Part shown: one piece after another, positions 11,541 to 22,538 of the stretch | Numbering within the stretch: the stretch's first letter is position 1 | Layout: each line of letters begins with the position of its first letter | Assembly (NCBI GenBank): GCA_944363635.1 | Contig: CALVUP010000007.1 | Coordinates: 1,666 to 65,665 of the forward strand | Length of the DNA stretch: 64,000 nt | Direction: 5' to 3' | Origin: an uncultured Bacilli bacterium | Lineage (GTDB): Bacteria > Bacillota_I > Bacilli_A > RF39 > UBA660 | Notes under the pieces: model-generated | The model's database searches: none | Told to the model about the DNA's origin: nothing | What the model saw: only the letters and a program-made list of their open reading frames with translations | Made by a program: the position numbers and the translations under genes

Positions 11541-12440
11541 ATGGATTTAGTGATCATGGCGGCTGGTATGGGAAGCCGTTTTGGAGGATTAAAACAAGTC
11601 GAACCGATTGGACCTAATGGTGAGTTTATTTTGGATTATTCGATTTATGATGCGATTCGTGTTGGGATTAAGCGGGTTGTCTTTATTATAAAAGAAGAAA
11701 ACTATGATTTATTTCGAGATACTGTTGGTAAAAGAATCGAAGGAAAAATTCAAGTTGAATATGTTTTTCAAAAAACAGAGGCTTATTTAGGAGATTTTGT
11801 GTTAAAAGAAGAAAGAAAAAAGCCTTGGGGAACAGCTCATGCGATTCTTTGTTGTAAAGACGTTGTAAAAGATAATTTTCTTTTAATCAATGCGGATGAT
11901 TTTTATGGATATGAATCGTTTAAAATTATAAAAGAGTATATGGACACTGTAGATAAAAATAGTTATCATTTTTCAATGGCAGGGTATATTATAAAAAACA
12001 CGTTATCAAAAAATGGAAAGGTAAAACGTGGGGTTTGTCAGATGCAAAACGGAAAACTTTCGCATATTATTGAATCCAATATTGGATATGAAGGAAATGT
12101 TTTACTTGCCACTAGACTTTCTGATGATGTAAAGTATGAGGTTTTAGCGCAAGATTTAGTTTCTATGAATTTCTTTGGGTTTACACCTATGCTTTTTAAA
12201 GATTTAGAAGAAGAATTTCAACTGTTTTTAAAAACCAATCAAGACCATATCAATCAGTGTGAATATTTAATTCCAGATGTAGTTCAACACTTAATCGATC
12301 AAAAAAAATGTACAGTGAAAGTATTAAAAACGCCTTCTGTATGGCATGGAGTAACATATAAAGAAGATAAAGAAGAAGTCGTAGAAGCCATTTTAAAATT
12401 AATTCAAGAAGGAGCCTATCCACATAAATTATGGAAATAG
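11541..12440 (+). CDS. sugar-phosphate nucleotidyltransferase family protein (NTP_transferase domain)
   Basis: N-terminal LVIMAAGMGSRFGG nucleotide-binding loop; 299 aa. Confidence 0.6.
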   Translation: MDLVIMAAGMGSRFGGLKQVEPIGPNGEFILDYSIYDAIRVGIKRVVFIIKEENYDLFRDTVGKRIEGKIQVEYVFQKTEAYLGDFVLKEERKKPWGTAHAILCCKDVVKDNFLLINADDFYGYESFKIIKEYMDTVDKNSYHFSMAGYIIKNTLSKNGKVKRGVCQMQNGKLSHIIESNIGYEGNVLLATRLSDDVKYEVLAQDLVSMNFFGFTPMLFKDLEEEFQLFLKTNQDHINQCEYLIPDVVQHLIDQKKCTVKVLKTPSVWHGVTYKEDKEEVVEAILKLIQEGAYPHKLWK

Positions 12441-13069
12441 TAGAAAAAGAGGCAACTTTAGAAAAGGTAAGACTCCTAGATAAAAAAACAAATAAACTTT
12501 TAGCGGATAAAATTGTTACTCTTCCTTATTTTGAGAATCTAGAAATGGTTGAAATTTTTTCGAATTATAGCATTTTTATTGCTCACGATTTATATACGCA
12601 ACTTAATTATGAAGGATTGTATTGTGTTACCAATAATATGCTATATATTGATGCTAGTTTTATAAATATAGAAGTTATGCTACATGAAAAGATACATATG
12701 ATTACGTCTTCGATAAAAGACAAAAAAATTGGGTATCAGGATGATAAGACAGATGAGACTTTTCACTTTTCAAATTATTTAAACGAATCTGCTACAGAAT
12801 GGTTAAAGTGTAAAATTTTATATGGAGAAAATTTTTTAAAAAATCCAAATACACAGTGCATAATAGCATACTTACCGGGTGTTATACAATTTCAAAAATA
12901 TGTCAATGCATATGGAGAAGAAAGAATGTTAAAGCATTTCTTTCGTCATGACTTTAGAAGTTTTTGGAATTCTTTTTCGAGTGAAGAAAAACTAAATTTA
13001 TTTATGGACTTTGAAACAGCTAGGGTGGCTGATAAGCCATCCATGAATAAAAATTCAAATATAAAATAA
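12431..13069 (+). CDS. hypothetical protein with HExxH motif
   Basis: 212 aa; contains HEKIHM (HExxH); lies between the NTP-transferase and a GT4 gene with overlapping ends. Confidence 0.45.
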   Translation: MEIVEKEATLEKVRLLDKKTNKLLADKIVTLPYFENLEMVEIFSNYSIFIAHDLYTQLNYEGLYCVTNNMLYIDASFINIEVMLHEKIHMITSSIKDKKIGYQDDKTDETFHFSNYLNESATEWLKCKILYGENFLKNPNTQCIIAYLPGVIQFQKYVNAYGEERMLKHFFRHDFRSFWNSFSSEEKLNLFMDFETARVADKPSMNKNSNIK

Positions 13070-13084
13070 GACGAAGGAGTATAT

Positions 13085-14275
13085 ATGAAAATTTTATTAA
13101 TCAATCATTTTCCACTAGAAGGATCAGGTAGTGGAGTTTATACAATGAATATTGCCAAAAGCTTACTTCAAAAAGGGCATGAAGTATGTATCATTATGCC
13201 AGAGAACAAAACCGATTATAAAAAACCTATCGAGGGGGGTATAAAATGCCATCCCATTTATTTTTATGATCAAGAAAAGATCAAGGGACAATTGCCATTT
13301 AATTTTCCGTGTTTTACTACACACCCTAGAAGTGTTTATAATTTTTTTGATATGAGTGATGAAGATCTTTTACTATATACGACAGCTTTTGATAAAGCCA
13401 TTCAAGAAGAAATCGTTTCTTTTTCACCAGATATTATTCATGTTCAACACATTTGGATTTTATCTTCTCTTGCTTGTAAATATGACCTTCCAGTTGTAAT
13501 TACGGCACATGGAACGGATATTCTTGGCCATGAAAAAAGCAATCGATTTCATAAATATACGATGGATGCTGTTGAAAAGTGTAAGCAGATTATTAGCATT
13601 TCTGAAGATAATAAAAAATTAGTTCTTAAAAATTTTCCTAATGTTGAAGACAAACTTGTTTTAATGAGAAACGGTTATGATGAGCGTGTTTTTTATCAAA
13701 AAGAATATGATCGAAAAGAAGTTTTGGACTCATTAAATATTCAAGGAAATTATAAAAATATTGTTTGTTTTGCAGGAAAATTAACGCATATAAAAGGAGT
13801 AGATTTAATTCTAGAGGCGGCTAAAATCTATGAAAACAAAGATACATTGACATTGATTGCAGGAAATGGTGAATTGTTTGAAGAATTGAATCAATTGAAA
13901 GATCGTTTGCATCTAAAAAATGTTTATTTTTTAGGAAATCAAGATCAAGATACATTAAGAAAAATATATAATATTTCGGATGTGTCTTTGGTTCCTTCTA
14001 GATATGAAGCATTTGGTTTGGTGGCTGTAGAAGCTCTTGCTTGTTCAACACCAGTTATTGCGACGAATGTTGGTGGTTTGGAAAGTATTATCGTAAAAGA
14101 TGTTGGTATGATTACTCCAACCAATAACAGCTTAAAATTAGCAGAAAATATAAATAAAATTTTAAAGAAAGAATTGCATTTTAATCGCAATGCCATTGCA
14201 ATATATGCTTATAAAAATTATTCACAATCTTTATTGATTGATCAGCTTATCAAAATTTACCAAAAAACAAAATAG
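13085..14275 (+). CDS. glycosyltransferase family 4 (GT-B, group 1)
   Basis: 396 aa with EAFGLVAVEALACSTPVIATNVGG (E-x7-E motif). Confidence 0.8.
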   Translation: MKILLINHFPLEGSGSGVYTMNIAKSLLQKGHEVCIIMPENKTDYKKPIEGGIKCHPIYFYDQEKIKGQLPFNFPCFTTHPRSVYNFFDMSDEDLLLYTTAFDKAIQEEIVSFSPDIIHVQHIWILSSLACKYDLPVVITAHGTDILGHEKSNRFHKYTMDAVEKCKQIISISEDNKKLVLKNFPNVEDKLVLMRNGYDERVFYQKEYDRKEVLDSLNIQGNYKNIVCFAGKLTHIKGVDLILEAAKIYENKDTLTLIAGNGELFEELNQLKDRLHLKNVYFLGNQDQDTLRKIYNISDVSLVPSRYEAFGLVAVEALACSTPVIATNVGGLESIIVKDVGMITPTNNSLKLAENINKILKKELHFNRNAIAIYAYKNYSQSLLIDQLIKIYQKTK

Positions 14276-14373
14276 TTCAATAAAATATTTTTTATTTACC
14301 ATTTTTTACAATCAATATATTTTTTAATTTTAAACATAATAATAATGTAGTTTGATTTAAAAGGAGTGATACT

Positions 14374-15354
14374 ATGAATTTTAAAAACAAACTACTTAAT
14401 CTCCTTCTATTTACATTATTTATAATACCCAATTTTGTATTTGCTTATTCCAATCAAGTAGTACTTGGTGGAGATTCAATTGGAATTGAAGTAAAATCTA
14501 CATATATTACAATTGTAGGTTTTTATAAAGTTGAAAACAAGTATATTGCCAAAGAAGCAGGATTCCAAATAGGAGATAAAGTTCTAAAAGTAAATGGCGA
14601 AGAAATTGATGATATTCATGACATGACCAATAGTATTCAAGAAAAGAATAACACAATAACCGTTCTTCGAGATGAAAAGGAAAAAGATATAAAATTAAAT
14701 TTAGTAAAAGATGATGCTGGTGTATATAAAACAGGTCTTTATGTAAAAGACAAAATATCCGGTATTGGCACATTAACCTATATTGATCCAGGCAATAATG
14801 TTTTTGGCGCTTTAGGACATGAAATTAGTGAATCTTCTACCCTTGAAAAAGTAGAGATAAAAGACGGGAAGATATTTTATTCAAATATTACAGGAATTAA
14901 GAAGAGTTCCGGTGGAAACCCCGGTGAAAAAAACGCCACCTTCAATAGTAATGATATTTTTGGTACCATTAAAGCTAATGAAGTAAGTGGTATTTTTGGT
15001 CACTACCAAAAGGAATATGATGAAAGTAATTTAATAGAAGTTGCAGAAGAAACCGAAGTTCACGAAGGAAAAGCTTATATAAGAACCGTCGTTGACAAAA
15101 ATAAAATAGAAGAATTTGAGATTAATATTACAAAAATAAATGCAGATAGTGGTGTTAAAAACATTTTATTTGAAGTAACCGATGAAGAATTGCTAGAGAA
15201 AACAAGTGGAATTGTAAGTGGAATGAGTGGCTCACCAATTATTCAGGATGATAAATTGGTCGCAGCTGTTACGCATGTTGTTGTATCCGATCCTATGAAA
15301 GGATATGGTATATTTATTACAACAATGTTAGAAGAAGGAGATAAAAATAGTTAG
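14374..15354 (+). CDS. SpoIVB-family serine peptidase (S55)
   Basis: Signal/TM segment, PDZ-like segment, and GALGHEI and GMSGSPI catalytic motifs characteristic of SpoIVB. Confidence 0.75.
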   Translation: MNFKNKLLNLLLFTLFIIPNFVFAYSNQVVLGGDSIGIEVKSTYITIVGFYKVENKYIAKEAGFQIGDKVLKVNGEEIDDIHDMTNSIQEKNNTITVLRDEKEKDIKLNLVKDDAGVYKTGLYVKDKISGIGTLTYIDPGNNVFGALGHEISESSTLEKVEIKDGKIFYSNITGIKKSSGGNPGEKNATFNSNDIFGTIKANEVSGIFGHYQKEYDESNLIEVAEETEVHEGKAYIRTVVDKNKIEEFEINITKINADSGVKNILFEVTDEELLEKTSGIVSGMSGSPIIQDDKLVAAVTHVVVSDPMKGYGIFITTMLEEGDKNS

Positions 15355-15377
15355 GAAGCTTGGCTTCCTCTTTTTTG
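15353..15377 (+). terminator. Rho-independent terminator
   Basis: aggaagc ttg gcttcct followed by cttttttg. Confidence 0.55.
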
Positions 15378-15437
15378 TTCTTTTTGTTTACAATTTTTTT
15401 AATTTACGTTATGATTAAATTAGTAGGAGGTTTGGAT

Positions 15438-16076
15438 ATGAAAACAGAGAATCCTTTATATGATCAATTGGAAAAAGCTTATAAGCGTATAGAACTACTT
15501 ATCGATCAGATCAATCATAAATGGTTTTTATATTTAAAAACTGATTTTATTGAAAAAGACGCTGGTGTTTTAACACGAAAATACGATGGTATTCAAGTAC
15601 TGGATGCTTTACATATCATTACGAAAGAAAAAGAGCAAATCCAAATCCAAAGATTTCGTTTTCTTGAAAAAAAGGATTCTTCTATAGATACATCATCTCT
15701 TTTGCCTGTAGATTTGACTTATATTCCAAAAGCAGAACTTCCACTTAAGGACATTACAGGCTATGAAATTGTTGGAAATTCTTCCAAAACGTTACTTTTG
15801 AAAAATAAAGAAGGCTTCTATACATATTTAGATTATAATATCAATAGTCGTTTTTATATGTTAATGCTTGTTCCTACTTGTTTGTATGAGGCTCATCCTT
15901 TTGACGAAGAATATGAAGGTTATGCGAAAGTGGCTTTTCTTGATGAATTTGGATCAAGTAAAGAAGGGTATCTTTGCCGCGATGATTTTGCCGTGGATCA
16001 AATCGCAAAAATCCAATTATATACAAAAGAAGAAATTGTGGGCAAACCCAAAGAAAAAAGAAGAAAAAACTTTTAA
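15438..16076 (+). CDS. hypothetical protein
   Basis: AGGAGG RBS before the ATG at 15438; the track's upstream extension covers the terminator. Confidence 0.5.
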   Translation: MKTENPLYDQLEKAYKRIELLIDQINHKWFLYLKTDFIEKDAGVLTRKYDGIQVLDALHIITKEKEQIQIQRFRFLEKKDSSIDTSSLLPVDLTYIPKAELPLKDITGYEIVGNSSKTLLLKNKEGFYTYLDYNINSRFYMLMLVPTCLYEAHPFDEEYEGYAKVAFLDEFGSSKEGYLCRDDFAVDQIAKIQLYTKEEIVGKPKEKRRKNF

Positions 16077-16118
16077 AGTTCTTTTTTTATGATAAAATAT
16101 TTGTAGTTGGTGAAGAAT

Positions 16119-17876
16119 ATGATTAAAGAAAAATTGATGTTGGTTCCTCATAAACCAGGTAGTTATCAAATGAAAGATAAAGACGGGAATATTATTTATG
16201 TAGGAAAAGCAAAAGATTTAAAAAATCGTTTAACCAGTTATTTTACTGGAACACATACGGGAAAAACATTACGTTTAGTACAAGATATTTATGATTTTGA
16301 ATATATTGTGACCTCTTCAGAGTTGGAATCTTTAATCTTAGAAATTAATTTAATTAAAAAGTATAATCCAAAATACAATATTTTATTAAAAGATGATAAA
16401 TCCTATCCATATATTGAACTTACTAAAGATAAATATCCAACTCTTAAAGTTATACGTAATGTAAAAAGAAAGAAAAATAAAAACAATTTATTTGGTCCTT
16501 TTCCAAATGTGAAAGCAGCACGTAGGACTGTAGAAATTATTAATCGAGTTTATCCTTTACGTAAATGTACCAATATGAAAAAAGATGTATGTCTTTATTA
16601 TCATATTCATGAATGCCTAGGTTATTGTAAATATGCGATTGATCCTAAGATGATTGAACAAATGAAAAAAGAAATCATTGCTTTTTTAAAAGGAGATAGT
16701 TCAATCATTGTAAAACGTATTACGGAAGATATGCAAAAGGCGAGTGAAGCGCTTAATTTTGAAAAAGCATTGGAATTAAAAGAAATGCTTCAAGATATTG
16801 ATATAACATTAAGAAAACAAAAAATTGATTTAAATAAAAATTATAATTTCGATTTATTTAATTATTATATTGATAATAATTATTTATCGATTCAAGTTTT
16901 CTTTATTAAAAACGGAATTTTATATGGAAGGGATAAAGCAATTGTTAATATTGTAAATAATCCCGAAGAAGAATTTATCAATTATATCATTCACTTTTAT
17001 GAGAAAAAGAATTTGCTACCAAAAGAAATTATTGTTCCTAATATTGAAGATAAAGAAGTTCTTAGTGCGTATTTAAATATTAAAGTCATAACTTATCAAA
17101 AAGGTAAAATTAAAAAATTATTAGATTTGGCTTTGGAAAATGCAAAAGAATATTTAGAACAACAAATGGATTTAATTACGCAAAATGAAAAGAAAAGAAT
17201 GGATGCTTTAGAAGAATTGAAGAAAATTTTACATACGGATCATGTTTCTAGAATTGAAGCTTTTGATAATTCTCATTTGTTTGGTACCTATTATGTTGGT
17301 GGAATGGTCTGTTTTTTGGATTTTATTCCTCAGAAAAATGAATATCGTAAATATAAAATCGATGCATCTGTAAAAGATGATTTATCGGCTATGCGAGAAG
17401 TTGTTTATCGAAGATATTATAAAGTTTTGATGGAAAATTTAGAAAAACCAGACGTAATCGTTGTTGATGGGGGAGAGTTGCAGTTAAAGGTAGTTAAAGA
17501 TATCATTGATTCATTAAAATTAAAGATTCGTGTGATTGGATTAAAAAAAGATAAAAAACATCGTACAAGTACTTTAATTGATGATGATTTTCAAGAAATT
17601 AAATTAGATCATCACAGTAATTTGTTTCTGTTTTTAAGTAAAATTCAAGAAGAGGTACATAATTACGCAATTAGTTACCATCGAAATATTAAAAGTAAGG
17701 GAATGCTATCTAGTGTGATTGATGCAATACCAGGTATTGGTGAGGTAAGAAAAAAACAACTCTTAAGAAAGTTTGGATCTTTAAAAAAATTAAAAGAAGC
17801 TACTCTAGAGGAATTAGTGGAAATTCTTCCTTTGGATGTAGCAAAAAAAACGTATGACTTTCTAAAGGATCTATAG
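16119..17876 (+). CDS. uvrC: excinuclease ABC subunit C
   Basis: GIY-YIG N-terminus (PGSYQMKDKDGNIIYVGKAKDLKNRL), UvrC central region and C-terminal HhH. Confidence 0.9.
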   Translation: MIKEKLMLVPHKPGSYQMKDKDGNIIYVGKAKDLKNRLTSYFTGTHTGKTLRLVQDIYDFEYIVTSSELESLILEINLIKKYNPKYNILLKDDKSYPYIELTKDKYPTLKVIRNVKRKKNKNNLFGPFPNVKAARRTVEIINRVYPLRKCTNMKKDVCLYYHIHECLGYCKYAIDPKMIEQMKKEIIAFLKGDSSIIVKRITEDMQKASEALNFEKALELKEMLQDIDITLRKQKIDLNKNYNFDLFNYYIDNNYLSIQVFFIKNGILYGRDKAIVNIVNNPEEEFINYIIHFYEKKNLLPKEIIVPNIEDKEVLSAYLNIKVITYQKGKIKKLLDLALENAKEYLEQQMDLITQNEKKRMDALEELKKILHTDHVSRIEAFDNSHLFGTYYVGGMVCFLDFIPQKNEYRKYKIDASVKDDLSAMREVVYRRYYKVLMENLEKPDVIVVDGGELQLKVVKDIIDSLKLKIRVIGLKKDKKHRTSTLIDDDFQEIKLDHHSNLFLFLSKIQEEVHNYAISYHRNIKSKGMLSSVIDAIPGIGEVRKKQLLRKFGSLKKLKEATLEELVEILPLDVAKKTYDFLKDL

Positions 17877-17897
17877 TATAATGAAAATGGTGATGGT

Positions 17898-19025
17898 ATG
17901 AAAAAGAAGAATCAAAAGGGATTTACGCTTGTTGAGTTAATGGGTGTTATTCTTATACTTGGCATTGTTTTATTAATTGCAATACCAGCAGTTACGAAGT
18001 TTCTAGGAAAAAGTAAAGATCAATATTATGAGACAACGATTGATAATATTGAGAGTGCAACCGAAGAATTTTTAATGGATTATAATGAATTGGTACCTCC
18101 TGCGAAAGATGGAGGAACAGTTTATGAAAAATCAGTAACGGAGTTTTATTTAAAAAACTTGGTAGATTTAAAATATATTGATTCTGTAGAGGATCCAAAT
18201 ACACATGCATCTTGTGATGAAGAAAGCTATGTTGTTGTAACCAATACGGGATATGATGCACAATATAGTTCGGATAAAGAGGCCTTACAAGGAGCCAATC
18301 AAAATTTAGAAATTGATGTTTGTTTAAAATGCGGAGATGAGACCATTAATGATCATAATTCAAAGTGCTCAACTGTACAAAAGCATTATGCCTTTGTAGA
18401 TAATAATACAGAAGAGCCTATTTCAACTTTAAAGATTAATGCGGGCAGATATTATCCGAGAATAAAAAATTTTATGAATAATACAATATCGGCACCTTCC
18501 TCTTTATATACTTCAAATAAGAATATGGTTGCAATAAATGGAAATATGCTTACTATTTCTAATGGTTCCGAAAAATCTTTTATTTATACAACTTATCGAG
18601 AGCAAGTAAACGGAAAGTATAACCATTATATTATTCCTTTATTTATTGATGTGATAGATGAGCTTGTTTTACCAGAAAAAATTGTTGCTCAAAGTGACAA
18701 TCTTATGGTTTATAGTGGAAAATCAAATGGAAGTGTCTCTTTTGATGTTTATCCTTATAATGCCAAGTTATGGCAAAATTTACGATGTGCCATTATTAAT
18801 AAAAACGAAAATAATGAAGTCTATCAACCAGAGAGTAAGACGTATTATGGAAGTGTGAATTATAATTTAAATAGTAATGGTGGCTTTTCTTGTAAATTAA
18901 AAAATTTTTATTTCTCTTCTGCTTCCATTGCAACCAAAGATAAAACGGATACTTATATTCGTGCGCAATCTATTAATCCTTCTAATTTGTATGTTGATAT
19001 ACCAATTTATAATTATTATGGGTGA
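17898..19025 (+). CDS. large prepilin-type protein (375 aa) with ComGC-like core and extended C-terminal domain
   Basis: MKKKNQKG|FTLVELMGVILILGIVLLIAIPAV; multiple Cys in the C-terminal domain. Confidence 0.75.
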   Translation: MKKKNQKGFTLVELMGVILILGIVLLIAIPAVTKFLGKSKDQYYETTIDNIESATEEFLMDYNELVPPAKDGGTVYEKSVTEFYLKNLVDLKYIDSVEDPNTHASCDEESYVVVTNTGYDAQYSSDKEALQGANQNLEIDVCLKCGDETINDHNSKCSTVQKHYAFVDNNTEEPISTLKINAGRYYPRIKNFMNNTISAPSSLYTSNKNMVAINGNMLTISNGSEKSFIYTTYREQVNGKYNHYIIPLFIDVIDELVLPEKIVAQSDNLMVYSGKSNGSVSFDVYPYNAKLWQNLRCAIINKNENNEVYQPESKTYYGSVNYNLNSNGGFSCKLKNFYFSSASIATKDKTDTYIRAQSINPSNLYVDIPIYNYYG

Positions 19026-19030
19026 TTTTC

Positions 19031-20794
19031 ATGAATAAAATACATATTATGGACGAAGTTTTAGCCAATAAAATCGCTGCCGGAGAGGTCGTTGAAAAAA
19101 CGATGAATGTGGTAAAGGAGTTGGTTGAAAATAGTATTGATGCAAGAAGTAATGAAATTAAAATCGAACTTATAGATTCAGGGGTTAAAAGAATCAAAGT
19201 GAGTGATAATGGTGTTGGAATGAGCAGAGATGATGCTATGTTGGCTTTTTCTCGTCATGCCACATCAAAACTTTCTACTTTGGATGATTTATTTAATATT
19301 GAGTCTTTAGGGTTTCGTGGAGAAGCTTTACCTTCTATAGCGGCTGTTTCTAAGTTGACTTTAAAAACATGTGATGGTAATGAAGGGACTATGGTTTTCG
19401 TCAACGGGGGTAAAATTGAAAAAGTAGAAGGATCTGATTTGAAAAAAGGAACTTCGATTACAGTAGAAGACCTTTTTTATAATACACCTGTCCGTTTAAA
19501 ATATTTAAAGAATTTATATATAGAACTTGCAAATATTACCGATTATGTAAATAAAATGGCACTTTCTTATCCTAATATTCGTTTTACTTTAATGAATAAT
19601 GAGAAAGTATTATTGCATACAGATGGGTCAAATAATTTGTTTAAAGTGATTTATGCGATTTATGGGAGTCATGTCGCTAAAAAAATGATTGAAGTACATG
19701 GTGAAAATGATGATTATGCAATAACGGGTTATATTTCTTATCCAGAAATAGCAAAAACTAGTCGAAATCATATCATTACATTTGTGAATGGTCGTTTGAT
19801 TCGTAATAATGAATTAAATCGTACCATTATTGAATGCTATCATACTTATATTCCAAAAGATAAATTTCCTATTATTATTTTTAAAATCGAAGTGGATCCT
19901 ATTTTGATCGATATTAATATTCATCCGACTAAAATGGATATTAAGTTTTCTAAAATGAATGATTTAAAAGAATTGGTAGAACAAATCATTAAACCAAAGT
20001 TAAAAGCTTTGACATTAATACCAAATATAACCAATTTAGAACTTAGTGAAGTAACGAGTGAAAAAGTAAATACTTATAAAAGTGATATAGAATCAGATTA
20101 TCCAGATTATAGTGTATCTGAAAACTTAACATTGGATTTCGATTATTCTTTAAAAGAAGATGTGCTGGCCGTGGATAGTGAAGATGCGGATACAGAAGAA
20201 GAACCTTATAAAATTAAATACATGAAGCCTGTTGGAATTGTTCATGCAACTTATATTATTGCTGAGAATGAAGATGGAATGTTTATTATTGATCAGCATG
20301 CAGCTCAAGAGCGAATTAATTATGAAAAATATTTGAAAGCTATGAGCAAAGAGGATCATAAAATGGTTGATCTGCTTGTACCTATTTCGATTGAACTTTC
20401 CAATAAAGATTTTATTATCTTTAATGAGAATATTGAATTATTTAAAAGTATTGGTTTTGAGGCGGAAACCTTTGGTATTAATTCCCTTGTTATTCGTGCG
20501 CATCCCTATTTTTTACCAAAAGGGTATGAAGAACAGGCTATCCGAAAAATAATTGATATCATTTGTGAAAAAGAAGCATTTAGTAAAGAAAAATTTGTCG
20601 AAAAAACCGCAATTACTCTTAGCTGTAAAATGGCGATTAAAGCTAATGATGTGATTTCTCTGGAAGAAGCTGAGGTTTTATTAAACACCCTTCGTAAAAC
20701 AGAAAATCCCTTTACATGTCCACATGGTAGGCCTACTATCATTACTTATACCAAATATGATTTAGAGAAATTATTTAAACGAGCTATGAATTAA
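19031..20794 (+). CDS. mutL: DNA mismatch repair protein MutL
   Basis: LANKIAAGEVVE...VKELVENSIDA GHKL ATPase N-terminus; C-terminal dimerisation region. Confidence 0.9.
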   Translation: MNKIHIMDEVLANKIAAGEVVEKTMNVVKELVENSIDARSNEIKIELIDSGVKRIKVSDNGVGMSRDDAMLAFSRHATSKLSTLDDLFNIESLGFRGEALPSIAAVSKLTLKTCDGNEGTMVFVNGGKIEKVEGSDLKKGTSITVEDLFYNTPVRLKYLKNLYIELANITDYVNKMALSYPNIRFTLMNNEKVLLHTDGSNNLFKVIYAIYGSHVAKKMIEVHGENDDYAITGYISYPEIAKTSRNHIITFVNGRLIRNNELNRTIIECYHTYIPKDKFPIIIFKIEVDPILIDINIHPTKMDIKFSKMNDLKELVEQIIKPKLKALTLIPNITNLELSEVTSEKVNTYKSDIESDYPDYSVSENLTLDFDYSLKEDVLAVDSEDADTEEEPYKIKYMKPVGIVHATYIIAENEDGMFIIDQHAAQERINYEKYLKAMSKEDHKMVDLLVPISIELSNKDFIIFNENIELFKSIGFEAETFGINSLVIRAHPYFLPKGYEEQAIRKIIDIICEKEAFSKEKFVEKTAITLSCKMAIKANDVISLEEAEVLLNTLRKTENPFTCPHGRPTIITYTKYDLEKLFKRAMN

Positions 20795-20847
20795 AGCTTG
20801 TTTTTTTTAATTATGATCCATTATAATACGTTACAGGAGATGATATT

Positions 20848-21561
20848 ATGCTTGATCAATATATGCAACAAGTAAAAGAAAAAGAGCAAAAACTTCAACA
20901 ATTAAATAAGAAAGGCTTAGCTTTGAAAGAACAACTTGCAAATGCAGAGGATGATGTAGCAAAAACTAAAGAAGAATATAATCAATTGGTCGGTGAAAAT
21001 TTAGATCTTATGGATCGTATTGTTGAGATAGAAAGAAATAAACAGACTTATAAAGAAACGAAAAAAATACTTATAGGAGGATCTGTAGTTTATTGTATTT
21101 TGGCTATATCTGCCTCGGCTTTTTTTGTTCTTAACGACCAACAATTTTCAATGGCGTTTAAAATAATTTTTCCTGCATCTGCTGTTGTGATAGGAGAAGC
21201 AGTGCTCTTAAAATTTTGTGCAGGTAACATTTGGTCATTAAAAAAAAGTTTTAAGAATATCAATATCAAACAAGAAAAACAAAAACTAGAAACAGCGCAA
21301 AAAGAACTCAGTGTTAAGACGAAAGAACTTGAAGCAAGTAAAAATGCAAGAGATACTCTTACGAAGCAGGTAGAAGCAAATAGGAAAGAACAACGTCAAT
21401 TGTTAGGAAAATTTGATGAAATTAATATAGAAAGAATGGAAAAAATAGATCCTTTAGTAGAAGCACTTGTGGATCAAGGAATGGTAACAGATAAATTAGA
21501 AATGACACCAAAAGCAAAAGCGCTTATCAAAGGACAAAGACAAAATCTGAAACAAGGATAG
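20848..21561 (+). CDS. hypothetical coiled-coil membrane protein
   Basis: Coiled-coil N- and C-terminal segments flank two hydrophobic helices. Confidence 0.5.
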   Translation: MLDQYMQQVKEKEQKLQQLNKKGLALKEQLANAEDDVAKTKEEYNQLVGENLDLMDRIVEIERNKQTYKETKKILIGGSVVYCILAISASAFFVLNDQQFSMAFKIIFPASAVVIGEAVLLKFCAGNIWSLKKSFKNINIKQEKQKLETAQKELSVKTKELEASKNARDTLTKQVEANRKEQRQLLGKFDEINIERMEKIDPLVEALVDQGMVTDKLEMTPKAKALIKGQRQNLKQG

Positions 21562-21621
21562 GCAAGTATTTGTCTTTCTTTTTGTTTTATACTATAATAA
21601 ATGTACTTTGGAAGTGAGAAT

Positions 21622-22500
21622 ATGATCGTGGTAATAACAGGACCAACTGGAGTTGGTAAAACAAAATTAAGTGTAGAACTTGCGAAAAGAATACATGCGG
21701 AAATTATTAATGCCGATAGTATGCAAGTGTATAAAGGATTAGATATTGCAACAGCAAAAATAAAAGAAGAAGAAAAAAAAGGAATTGTTCATCATTTATT
21801 TGATATGAAAGAAGTTTCTGAAATGTATACCATTTATGATTATCAAAAAGACGCTAGAAAAAAAATTGCGGATATTTTATCTCGTGGTAAAAATGTCATT
21901 TTTGTTGGAGGAAGTGGTTTATACATCAAAGCAGCCTTATACGACTATCAGTTTCAAGAAGAAAAAGAAAAAAGGAGTTACGAAGAACAATCCAATGAAG
22001 AGATTAAGGCGAGAATTGAAAAAGTTATGCCATGTCCTATTCATGTAAACAATCGAAAAAGACTTGTACGCATGCTTAATAAAATTGAAAATAGTGCGAT
22101 GACGCTTGAGAAAAAGGACAAAAAAAAGCTATATGATTTTGTAACGATTGGGCTTACCACATCAAGAGAAATTTTGTATCAAAAAATCAATGATCGCGTC
22201 GATCATATGATGGAGGAAGGGCTTGAACAAGAAGTAAAAACATTTTATGATCAAAACCTAAGAAGCAAAGCCATTTTAACGGGAATTGGTTATAAAGAAT
22301 TTTATGAATATTTTGATCATAAAATAACAAAAGAAGAAGCAATTGCTAAAATTAAAAAGAATTCAAGAAGATATGCGAAAAGACAATATACCTTTTTGAA
22401 TCATCAAATGGATGTACATTGGATCAATACGAATTATGAGGACTTTAAACAAACCATCGAAGAAGCTTATCGATATGTAAAAAAAGTTTATAAATTTTAA
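21622..22500 (+). CDS. miaA: tRNA dimethylallyltransferase
   Basis: IVVITGPTGVGKT P-loop and NADSMQVYKGLDI motif. Confidence 0.85.
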   Translation: MIVVITGPTGVGKTKLSVELAKRIHAEIINADSMQVYKGLDIATAKIKEEEKKGIVHHLFDMKEVSEMYTIYDYQKDARKKIADILSRGKNVIFVGGSGLYIKAALYDYQFQEEKEKRSYEEQSNEEIKARIEKVMPCPIHVNNRKRLVRMLNKIENSAMTLEKKDKKKLYDFVTIGLTTSREILYQKINDRVDHMMEEGLEQEVKTFYDQNLRSKAILTGIGYKEFYEYFDHKITKEEAIAKIKKNSRRYAKRQYTFLNHQMDVHWINTNYEDFKQTIEEAYRYVKKVYKF

Positions 22501-22538
22501 AATTTATGTTATGATAGACACATTTAAGGAGTGAGAAT

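Noticed and set aside
14276-14373. Forespore sigmaG/sigmaF-type promoter upstream of the SpoIVB-like gene (cataata element)
   Set aside because: A -10-like CATAATA is present, but no convincing G-containing -35 lies at the right spacing. It cannot be supported from sequence alone.
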